From: Candidatus Limnocylindrales bacterium
GTDB lineage: Bacteria > Chloroflexota > Limnocylindria > Limnocylindrales > CSP1-4
Length of the DNA stretch: 64,000 nucleotides
Reading direction: 5' to 3'
Assembly: GCA_035699445.1 (NCBI GenBank)
Contig: DASSPX010000123.1
Span: forward strand, 35,777 to 99,776
The translations under genes were made by a program, and so were the position numbers. Shown piece after piece: positions 37,296-45,220 of this stretch (positions are counted from its first letter, which is position 1; each line of letters begins with the position of its first letter). The notes beneath the pieces were generated by a model. The model did no database searches and was not told the DNA's origin. It saw only the letters and a list, made by a program, of their open reading frames with translations.

Positions 37296-37945
37296 CGCCC
37301 GTCCCCGCGCTGCCCCCGCGCGAGCTCGAGCGCGTAGTGCATGACGCCGGCGACCGTGATCACGTCGTGGATCTCGCCGGCCTCGATCCGCGCCACGACC
37401 TCGTCGAGCAGGACCCAGTCGAGGGCGAGCTCCTCGGACGCCTCCGGTTGGGCCGCGCCGGCGCGACGAAGACCCGTGGCGAGGAAGATCGCCCCGCGCT
37501 CGTCGGTGACCGAGTTGGAGACGGTGATCCGGCACAGCTGGCGCCAGGCGGCGGCCTCGTGGCCCGTCTCCTCGCGCAGCTCGCGGCGTGCCCCGTCGAG
37601 CAGCGATTCCCCGGGGTCCACGCCGCCCTCCGGGATCTCCCAGCTGTACTCGTCGAGCGTGTACCGGTGCTGCCCGACGAGGAGCAACCGGCCGTCGTCG
37701 CCGACCGCGACCACCCCCACCGCTCGCGTGCGGAAGTGGATCACCCCGTAGATCCCGTCGCTGCCGTCGGGCCGCACGACCTCGTCGTGGAACACCTCGA
37801 GCCAGGGGTTGCCATAGACCCGCTCACGACGCACGCGCCGCCACGGGCCGATCCGGGCGTGCCCGGTCGTGGGAGACTCAGCCGAGGGGTCCACGCGGGA
37901 ACGGTAACCGGGCGCGCCACCGACCGGGCCTAGGATCCGCGCCAT
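37292..37945 (-). CDS. NUDIX hydrolase
   Basis: Nudix box GGVDPGESLLDGARRELREETG. ATG 37945 (alternative upstream starts exist in the ORF). Confidence 0.75.
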   Translation of the reverse strand: MARILGPVGGAPGYRSRVDPSAESPTTGHARIGPWRRVRRERVYGNPWLEVFHDEVVRPDGSDGIYGVIHFRTRAVGVVAVGDDGRLLLVGQHRYTLDEYSWEIPEGGVDPGESLLDGARRELREETGHEAAAWRQLCRITVSNSVTDERGAIFLATGLRRAGAAQPEASEELALDWVLLDEVVARIEAGEIHDVITVAGVMHYALELARGQRGDGR

Positions 37946-39980
37946 GGCCCCGACGCGTGCCCGCGACGCCAGCCAGCCGACGTTCCCGGTGGCAGTCGCG
38001 TGGGATGTGCGCATCCCCGTCCGCGACGGGTTGGAGCTGTCTGCGAATGTCTGGCGCCCCGACTCGCCGGCGCGGGTGCCCGCGATCCTCGAGATGATCC
38101 CGTACGGCAAGGACAGCTGGCGGCGGAACGGCGACGTCGCGCGGGGGGAATGGCTGGCAGCACGCGGCTACGCGCTCGTCCGCCTCGACGTGCGCGGCAC
38201 CGGCTCGTCGCCCGGCGTGGCGCTCGACGAGTACACAGAGGCCGAGACCCGGGACGGCTACGACGCCGTCGAGTGGCTGGCCGCGCAACCCTGGTGCACC
38301 GGCCGGGTGGGGATGTGGGGCATCAGCTACGGCGGGTTCACGTCGATCCAGGTGGCGAAGCTCGGGCCGCCGCACCTCGCCGCGATCGCCCCGATGTACG
38401 CGACGGACGACCGCTACCTCGACGACGTCCACTACCGCGGCGGCTGCCGGACCGCGTCGGAGCTCAGCCAGTACGCGGTCAGTCAGCTCGGGATGAACGC
38501 GATGCCGCCCGATCCGGCGTTCCGCGGCGCCGCCTGGCGCGACGAGTGGCGGGCGCGGCTCGACGCCACCCCGCCGTGGCTGCTCGCGTGGTTCCGGGAG
38601 CAGACGGACGGACCGTACTGGCGCCGCGGCTCGCTCGCGCCGGAGTACGCGGCGATCCGGATCCCGATCCTCCACTTCGCCGGCTGGTCTGACTCGTACG
38701 TCGATGCGGCGTTCCGGATCCAGGAGCGGTGCGTCGGCTCGCCGGGGCGGCGGATCATCGTCGGCAACTGGGTCCATTCGTTCCCCGACGACGCGTACCC
38801 GGGCCCGAACATCGACTGGCTCCACGAGCTCGTCCGGTTCTTCGACCGGTACCTCAAGGGCGTGCCGAATGGCTGGGAGGACGAGCCGGCCGTCGTGTGG
38901 TTCGAGCGCGAGTACGCGCCGCCGGAGCCGTTTCCCGCAGTCTGGCCGGGCCGGTGGCGGGCGGCGGCGGGCTATCCGGTCACGGGAACGGAAGCGCTGG
39001 AGGTCGACCTCGGGCCAGGAGAGCTGGGCCTCGCCCGTGTCGAACACGCGACGGACACGCTCCGGCACCTCGCGACGGTCGGAACGGCCGGCCCGCTCTC
39101 GTGGGGCGCCGGATCACCGCCGAACGGGCTGGCGCGGGACCTCCGGCCCGACGAGGCCCGCGGCCTGACGTACACGTCCGCGGCGCTGAGCGGGGACCTC
39201 GCGATCCTCGGGGTTCCCGAGGTCGTGCTTCGAGTCGAGGCGACGATGCCCGTCGCCACCCTCGTCGCCCGCCTGAGCGACGTGGCGCCGGACGGCTCCT
39301 CGTTCCTCGTCTCGGCCGGCGTGCTCAATCTCACGCACCGGCGCTCGCACGCCGATCCCGAGCCGCTCGTGCCGGGGGTCGCCGACGAGGTGCGCATTCC
39401 CCTCCGCGCGGCGGGCTACCGCTGGAGCGCCGGCCACCGGATCCGTCTGACGCTCCTGTCCTCGTCGTGGCCCAACCTCTGGCCGTCGCCGCACCCGGGC
39501 GAGATCGTCGTGCATCGCGGATCGGCGACCTCGTCGTGCCTGCGGCTGCCGGTCCTGCCGGATGAAGCCCCCGCCCTGCCCGTTCCAGCCTTCCGCACCG
39601 AGCCCGCCGGCTTGCGCGCGGTGGGTGGCGGCACGGACGACGAGCCGGAGTGGCGGATCGCGGAGGACGTCCTGGCGGGCACGGTCACGGCGCGGATCTT
39701 CGAGGGCGGCTCCTCGCTGCTCGAGGACGGCCGTGAGCTGTACTCGAGCGAGCGGCTCGCGATGACCGCATCGGACTCCGACCCCGCACACACCCGCTTC
39801 GAGACCGACGTCGTCTACCGCTGGGACGCGGGGACGTTCCGGACCGACATCCGTGCGCGGGGCACGATCACCTCGGACGCCGAGGCGTTCGTCGTGGACG
39901 TGGACCTGGAGATCGATCTCGACGGCGAGCGCTTCTGGGCGCGGCGATGGGAGGAGCGGATCCCGCGCCGGCTCGTCTGA
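37944..39980 (+). CDS. CocE/NonD family hydrolase (S15 X-Pro dipeptidyl-peptidase-like)
   Basis: LDVRGTGSSPG...GMWGISYGGFTSIQVA (nucleophile GxSYG) and the C-terminal beta-sandwich typical of the CocE/NonD family. Confidence 0.8.
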   Translation: MAPTRARDASQPTFPVAVAWDVRIPVRDGLELSANVWRPDSPARVPAILEMIPYGKDSWRRNGDVARGEWLAARGYALVRLDVRGTGSSPGVALDEYTEAETRDGYDAVEWLAAQPWCTGRVGMWGISYGGFTSIQVAKLGPPHLAAIAPMYATDDRYLDDVHYRGGCRTASELSQYAVSQLGMNAMPPDPAFRGAAWRDEWRARLDATPPWLLAWFREQTDGPYWRRGSLAPEYAAIRIPILHFAGWSDSYVDAAFRIQERCVGSPGRRIIVGNWVHSFPDDAYPGPNIDWLHELVRFFDRYLKGVPNGWEDEPAVVWFEREYAPPEPFPAVWPGRWRAAAGYPVTGTEALEVDLGPGELGLARVEHATDTLRHLATVGTAGPLSWGAGSPPNGLARDLRPDEARGLTYTSAALSGDLAILGVPEVVLRVEATMPVATLVARLSDVAPDGSSFLVSAGVLNLTHRRSHADPEPLVPGVADEVRIPLRAAGYRWSAGHRIRLTLLSSSWPNLWPSPHPGEIVVHRGSATSSCLRLPVLPDEAPALPVPAFRTEPAGLRAVGGGTDDEPEWRIAEDVLAGTVTARIFEGGSSLLEDGRELYSSERLAMTASDSDPAHTRFETDVVYRWDAGTFRTDIRARGTITSDAEAFVVDVDLEIDLDGERFWARRWEERIPRRLV

Positions 39981-40220
39981 GCGCGGGACGCGCCTGCCGT
40001 CACACCCCCGGGCGATGCTGGTGGAGCATCAACTCGTGGCCGAGCGCGCCTGGGATCGACGCGAACCGTGACTGCGGTCGACCGATGCAGGCACGCTCCC
40101 GCTCCATGCGATGCCCGGCGAGCAATCGGCGTCCGCGGTTCGTGACAGACAAGGGCGGCCGGAGCGCTGCGAACGAGCCGGAACCCGGTGGGGTGGCCGC
40201 GCCCGGTGTCGGCAACGCCG

Positions 40221-40847
40221 TCAGGCGACCACGTCGAGCAGGATCGACCCCGCCAGGGCGAGCACGATGATCGCCCCGAGGACGCTCGTCCACGTCCGCA
40301 CCTCGGGCGGCAGCCGGCGATGCCCCACGGCGGCGAGCGCCGCAAGCATCATCTGCCACACGAACGACGCACCGAACGCGCCGATAGCGAACGCAAGCTG
40401 CTCGTCGAGTCCCTCGGGACGTGACGGCAGGCCGACGATGAGCGCGGCGAAGTACACGAGCGTGAGCGGGTTCACGCCGGTCAGCCCGACGAACGTCAGG
40501 TACAGCCGGATGAGCGAGGGCGGCCGTTCGTCGCCGGGGGTCGCGGGTCCGGCGACCACCCGGCGCCGGGCGTCAACGAGCAGTCGCAGGCCGATGAGCG
40601 CCAGCACCACGGACGACGCGATCCGCACCGTCGACTCCCAGGGCGCGATCGCGACCGCGAGCGCGCCGCCGAACAGCGCCGCGATCGTGGCGTACGCGCC
40701 GTCCACCGTCGCCGCACCCGCGCCTGCCGCCGCTCCCGCGCGGAAGCCGCGGCGAAGCCCCATCTCGATGATCAGGACCGCGATCGCGCCCACGGGGATG
40801 GCCACCCCGAGGCCCGCGACGATGCCCGAGAGGAGCGCAGCCGCCAC
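40221..40847 (-). CDS. LysE/RhtB family amino-acid exporter
   Basis: 208 aa, 6 TM. The N-terminus MAAALLSGIVAGLGVAIPVGAIAVLII and length match the LysE translocator family. GTG 40847. Confidence 0.8.
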   Translation of the reverse strand: MAAALLSGIVAGLGVAIPVGAIAVLIIEMGLRRGFRAGAAAGAGAATVDGAYATIAALFGGALAVAIAPWESTVRIASSVVLALIGLRLLVDARRRVVAGPATPGDERPPSLIRLYLTFVGLTGVNPLTLVYFAALIVGLPSRPEGLDEQLAFAIGAFGASFVWQMMLAALAAVGHRRLPPEVRTWTSVLGAIIVLALAGSILLDVVA

Positions 40848-40859
40848 GACGACGGAGCG

Positions 40860-41903
40860 CTACCGGAGCGTGTCGAGCGCGGCCGCCCCCAGCAGCCCGG
40901 TGGCGAGTGCGACGAGCACCGAGGCGAGCGTGCCCAGCAGGTAGTACTCGGCGAACCCACGGTCGTCGAGCTGCTTGAAGCGCGCCAGCGTCTTGGCCGC
41001 GATCACGAACCCGATCGCCGCCTCCATCCCGACGAGCACGAACGTCACGACGAGCAGGCGTTCGAGCACGCCGATCGTCGCCCCGATGCGGGCCGGCGAC
41101 CCGGGCGTGCTGGGGACCGCCGCGGACACGCCGCTCACCGGCCGGCCGTCGGGTGCGGCTGCTCCGCGGCTCTCCGGCGCCGTTCCCGGCTCGACCGTCG
41201 CAACGAGCGGCCCGACCCGAACGGTGTAACCCGAGGGCGGAGGCGGGGGCGCGGGCTGCGGGTCGGGCGGCTCCTCCGTGCCGAGCACGACCTCGCGCGG
41301 ATGGACGAGCGTCGCAATGAAGAAGTACGCGCCCTTCGTGTTCGCGATCACGAGCGAGGTCACGACGACCGCCCACAGGGTCAGGGCGTGGACCGAGGCG
41401 GGGTCCCACCCGCCCACGATCCCGTTCACGGCGTCAACCCAGCCCGGCTGGAGCGGCGCGTGCGCCAGCAGGAACGCCCAGCCGGCGACCGCGATCCCGA
41501 GGTGGACGAGCTGGTCGACGATGTACAGCAGTCCCGGGATCGGCGTCCACGCGGAGCCGAGGCCAGCGCCCGGGCCCGCGGCCGGCTCGCCGTCGTCTGC
41601 CCGCCGCCGTGCGCGCTCCCGGGCCAGCGCCTCGGCGCGTCGGGTCGCCCCCACCTTCCATCGGTCGACGCCGATGTGGGTGGCCGCGGCGAGCAGGAGG
41701 AACGCGAGGCCGGGGCCGCCGTAGGCGAGCGGAACCGGGACGAGGCAGAGCGCGACGAGCGCGGCATGCACGAGCACGCCGTTCCATCCGCGGCGGCCCG
41801 TGCTCGCCTTCGTGATCGCGATCCAGTCGTTCTGCAGCACGAAGTCCGCCACGAAGTGCGAGCAGAACAGCCACGCGAGGACGAGGACCGGGTCGGCGGT
41901 CAC
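40860..41903 (-). CDS. DUF3307-like membrane protein
   Basis: N-terminal WLFCSHFVADFVLQNDWIA matches the HxxADFxLQ hallmark of DUF3307. Multiple TM helices separated by a Pro-rich loop. GTG 41903 overlaps the upstream stop (GTGA). Confidence 0.6.
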   Translation of the reverse strand: MTADPVLVLAWLFCSHFVADFVLQNDWIAITKASTGRRGWNGVLVHAALVALCLVPVPLAYGGPGLAFLLLAAATHIGVDRWKVGATRRAEALARERARRRADDGEPAAGPGAGLGSAWTPIPGLLYIVDQLVHLGIAVAGWAFLLAHAPLQPGWVDAVNGIVGGWDPASVHALTLWAVVVTSLVIANTKGAYFFIATLVHPREVVLGTEEPPDPQPAPPPPPSGYTVRVGPLVATVEPGTAPESRGAAAPDGRPVSGVSAAVPSTPGSPARIGATIGVLERLLVVTFVLVGMEAAIGFVIAAKTLARFKQLDDRGFAEYYLLGTLASVLVALATGLLGAAALDTLR

Positions 41904-42571
41904 GCGCTCCTCCCCGGTGCCGGCTGACCCTGCGGGAGGTCGGCAGTGCCCGCGGCGAACAGCGTCGCCAGCGCACGCCAGAGCCCGGCGAGTTCCCGGA
42001 CGCGCGCCCGGTCAGCCATCACGGACACTGTCGCGCGGGAGATGCCGAGGCGCTCCGCGACCTCGGCGCGGTGGACGCCGTCGAGGAGGAGCGGCCGCGC
42101 CACCTCGCGCTGCCGGGCGGTGAGGTCGGCCAGCAGGCGCGGCAGCAGCGGGGCGATGTCGGCGAGCACGGGATCGACACCCGGATCACCCGTCTCGACC
42201 TGGAGCCCGTCGCGGGTCGGCTTCGAGCGCTGCATCAGCGACCGCGCGCGGAGGAAGGCGGCGCCCGTCCGCTCGGTCGCCGGGCCCCGCCCGGGGTCGA
42301 CCGCGCCCGCCACGACGACCCACCGCATCGGCCGCGCATCGGACCGCAGTCCCGCGCGCATGACGAGCGCGAGCGGATCCGCCCCGATCGCGAGCAGCGC
42401 CTGGAGCTCGTCGCCCTGGGTGATCCCGGGCGTCGCGAGCCGAAGCGCCTCCGGGTAGCACGCGTCCATCTCGGCGATCAGCCCGCGCAGGAACGCCGTC
42501 GATGCCGCGGCCGCCCGCCGCGAACCGACGACGTCGCCGAACACGACGACCCCCGGATGTCCCTCGGGCAC
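41900..42571 (-). CDS. SatD-like regulator with C-terminal HTH
   Basis: N-terminal VVVFGDVVGSRR resembles SatD-family proteins. The C-terminus LTARQREVARPLLLDGVHRAEVAERLGISRATVSVMADRA is a sigma-70 region-4/LuxR-like HTH. GTG 42571. Confidence 0.55.
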   Translation of the reverse strand: MPEGHPGVVVFGDVVGSRRAAAASTAFLRGLIAEMDACYPEALRLATPGITQGDELQALLAIGADPLALVMRAGLRSDARPMRWVVVAGAVDPGRGPATERTGAAFLRARSLMQRSKPTRDGLQVETGDPGVDPVLADIAPLLPRLLADLTARQREVARPLLLDGVHRAEVAERLGISRATVSVMADRARVRELAGLWRALATLFAAGTADLPQGQPAPGRSA

Positions 42572-42656
42572 GGCCGGAGGCTACTCGCCGACGAGTTAGT
42601 CGTCAACGACTACACGCCTGTCAATTCGCCGACAACGGCTAACTGGCCGTCCGCGC

Positions 42657-44186
42657 TCAAGCCGCGCCCCGATACGCTGGCAGCAGGCCGCCGAGGACCT
42701 CGGCGAGCTGCCGCTGGTGGTCCCGCGTCCCGAAGTCCAGCAGCGGGTTGCCGTCGAGCGCCCGCTCGTCGATCCGCCCGCCCGACCGGACGTAGACCAC
42801 GGGCTGGATCCCGCCGGCCCCATCGGACTCGACCGTCATCAGGACGGCGTCCGGTCCGTCCGCGTCGAGGACGTGGGCGAGCGGCTGGATGCCCGCGTCG
42901 ACGATCCCGGCGTCGGGGTCGAGCTCGACGACCCGCGCGAGATACGCCTTCTGGTGCCACAGCTCGGGTGCCACGGTCGCCTCCGCGAGCAGGTACCCGA
43001 GCAGCTCGGATTCGGCGATCGGCAGGCGCGGCGTGGTGATCCCGAAGCGGGTCTCGGCGATGTGCCGGGCGAGGATCCGGGCGTTGTAGCGATGGCCGTG
43101 GACGGCCCCCGAGTTCGCCGGCACGCCGTGCTTCTTCAGGCCTGCGGCGGCCTGGGTGATCGTGCCCGCGAAGAAGATCCCCGGGACCGTCGCGCTCTCC
43201 CAGAACGGCGTGACTGCCGGCAGCCGGCTCTGGCCGAACGTCGCGACGCCCACATCCGGCAGGTCGCGCAGCGGACAGGTGAAGCCCGTCGCCGCGATCG
43301 CCTCGTCGACCTCCACGGCGATCGGCATCCCGTTGTCGCTCCGGCGCAGCTCCACGCGGATGCCGCCGTCCGTCGGCACGACCTGCTCGAGGGACGCGTC
43401 GAGGATGGACACGCCGAAACCGAGGTAGTGGTCCTCGAACGGCTGGACGTACCGAGCGCGCACCCCGACGAGCGACCGCGTCATCACCGACAGCTTGGCC
43501 GGCGAGGGCGAGGCGATCACGATCCGCGACGCCCAGGCTGCGAGCCCGGACGCGAGCTCGAACCCGGAGTTCTGCTTGCCGAGGATGAACAGGCGCTTCC
43601 CGGCGTAGGAGGCCGCCTCGCGGGTGTCGGCGTAGTGCCGCACATGCTCCGCGCCGGGCGCCGGCGGGGTGAACGGCTCCGCCACGCCGACCGCGAGCAC
43701 GAGCACGCGCGCCCGGTACTCCCCGTCGGGGGTCTCGAGGATGAACACGGAGCCTTCGGCATCCTCCTCGCGCCGCGTCCGCTCCCAGCGGCAGTCGAAC
43801 CGGATCGCGAGCCGGGCACGCTCGGCGAACGTCGCCAGGTTCCGCTCCATCTCCGGTCGCGACGGGAAGTACGACGAGCCGTCCATGAACGTCGGCTGGA
43901 GCGCTCGCGCGTCGGGCTCGTCGGCGAGCAGGCTGTTCCAGTCGTAGCGCTCGTACTCGCGGGAGCCGCGCTCCGCCGGGGCGTACGGCTTCGTCCACGA
44001 CAGCAGGCGCTGGAAGAACGGCCAGCGACGGAACATCCCGCCGGGTGACGGATCGGCAGACAGGTGGGCGTACGGGACCCCGAGGCGGCGCAGCTCGTAC
44101 GCGACCTGGAGCCCGCCGGGGCCGCTGCCGACGACGATGCACGGGTACGCGCCCGGCGGATACGGACGCTCGTCCGCGCCGCTCAT
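42657..44186 (-). CDS. FAD/NAD(P)-binding oxidoreductase (flavin monooxygenase / pyridine-nucleotide disulfide oxidoreductase-like)
   Basis: Two dinucleotide-binding motifs (CIVVGSGPGGLQVAYEL and RLFILGKQNSGFELA) and the motif GIFFAGT. Confidence 0.7.
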   Translation of the reverse strand: MSGADERPYPPGAYPCIVVGSGPGGLQVAYELRRLGVPYAHLSADPSPGGMFRRWPFFQRLLSWTKPYAPAERGSREYERYDWNSLLADEPDARALQPTFMDGSSYFPSRPEMERNLATFAERARLAIRFDCRWERTRREEDAEGSVFILETPDGEYRARVLVLAVGVAEPFTPPAPGAEHVRHYADTREAASYAGKRLFILGKQNSGFELASGLAAWASRIVIASPSPAKLSVMTRSLVGVRARYVQPFEDHYLGFGVSILDASLEQVVPTDGGIRVELRRSDNGMPIAVEVDEAIAATGFTCPLRDLPDVGVATFGQSRLPAVTPFWESATVPGIFFAGTITQAAAGLKKHGVPANSGAVHGHRYNARILARHIAETRFGITTPRLPIAESELLGYLLAEATVAPELWHQKAYLARVVELDPDAGIVDAGIQPLAHVLDADGPDAVLMTVESDGAGGIQPVVYVRSGGRIDERALDGNPLLDFGTRDHQRQLAEVLGGLLPAYRGAA

Positions 44187-44608
44187 TGGTTCCGGTAGCG
44201 GTTCGCGTTCCGGAGCCGCCGGGCCTGGGCCTGGAGCATCCGGAACATCACCCTCGGGTGGGCGACGAGGAACGCCTCCACCCCCGAGCCGGCGAGCACG
44301 ATGCAGCGCAGCGGGCGGGTGGCGACCACGTCGGCCGACGGCGGCTCCCCGAGCAGGATCGACACCTCGCCGAAGAAGTCACCCTTGCTGAGGATCGCGC
44401 GATCCACCCCGTCGACGATCACCTTCGCCTCGCCGTCCAGGATGACGTAGAACCCGGAGCCGGTCAGGCCCTGGCGCAGGATCCGCTGGCCCTCCGGGAA
44501 GAACGCCTCCTCGAACGTGTGGGCGACCCCGAGGAGCTGCGGAGTGGTGAGGTCCGCGAACAGGGTGAAGCCGGCCAGCGTGTCGGCGATCTCGTCCCGG
44601 GTCGCCAT
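44183..44608 (-). CDS. cyclic-nucleotide-binding domain protein (CNB only, 141 aa)
   Basis: ATG 44608 with GGAGGG upstream. FFPEGQRILRQGLTGSGFYVILDGEAKV...GDFFGEVSILLGEPPSADVVA is a Crp/PKA-type CNB domain. No HTH or other effector domain. Confidence 0.75.
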   Translation of the reverse strand: MATRDEIADTLAGFTLFADLTTPQLLGVAHTFEEAFFPEGQRILRQGLTGSGFYVILDGEAKVIVDGVDRAILSKGDFFGEVSILLGEPPSADVVATRPLRCIVLAGSGVEAFLVAHPRVMFRMLQAQARRLRNANRYRNQ

Positions 44609-44735
44609 CGTCCCTCCGGTCGGCCGGCGCATCCCTGTGCGACGCGCGAGCAGTGCATGCGAGGCGGCGATCGTGCCACACCCGGACCCCGACCGGGAGC
44701 CCCGCGCGTTGACGCCGCCCGACGGGGACGGCACG

Positions 44736-45191
44736 ATGCGACCGACCGATGGCACGAGCACGATGACCCTCACCCACGACCGGCGCAGCGAGCTGCTCGC
44801 CGCCTGCCGCCTGTTCTCCGGTCTCGACGCGGCCAGCCTCGACGCCGTCGCCGAGGCCGCGATCGAGGTGGACTTTCCGGCCGACCGAGTCATCGCCCGC
44901 CAGGGCGACATCGGGACGGGGTTCTTCGTCGTCGTGGACGGCCGGGTGCGGGTCGTGCGCGACGGCGAGCGGGTGGCGACGCTCGGACCGGGCGAGTTCT
45001 TCGGCGAGCTGTCGGTGATCGACGGCGGGCCGCGGAACGCGCACGTCGTGGCCGAGGTGCCCACCCGCTGTCTCGCGATCGCATCGTGGGACTTCGAGCG
45101 CGTCCTGCTCGCCCACCCCGCGCTTGCGCTCACCGTGCTCCGGATCGTCGTCGCCCGCCTGCGCGCGTCGACGAGCGACCACCGGTACTGA
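44736..45191 (+). CDS. cyclic-nucleotide-binding domain protein (CNB only, ~150 aa)
   Basis: FSGLDAASLDAVAEAAIEVDFPADRVIARQGDIGTGFFVVVDGRVRV...GEFFGELSVIDGGPRNAHVVA. Start at ATG 44736 or 44763. Divergent from the other CNB gene. Confidence 0.7.
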   Translation: MRPTDGTSTMTLTHDRRSELLAACRLFSGLDAASLDAVAEAAIEVDFPADRVIARQGDIGTGFFVVVDGRVRVVRDGERVATLGPGEFFGELSVIDGGPRNAHVVAEVPTRCLAIASWDFERVLLAHPALALTVLRIVVARLRASTSDHRY

Positions 45192-45220
45192 CCCGGCCTC
45201 CGGACCAGCGGAGCGTCCGG

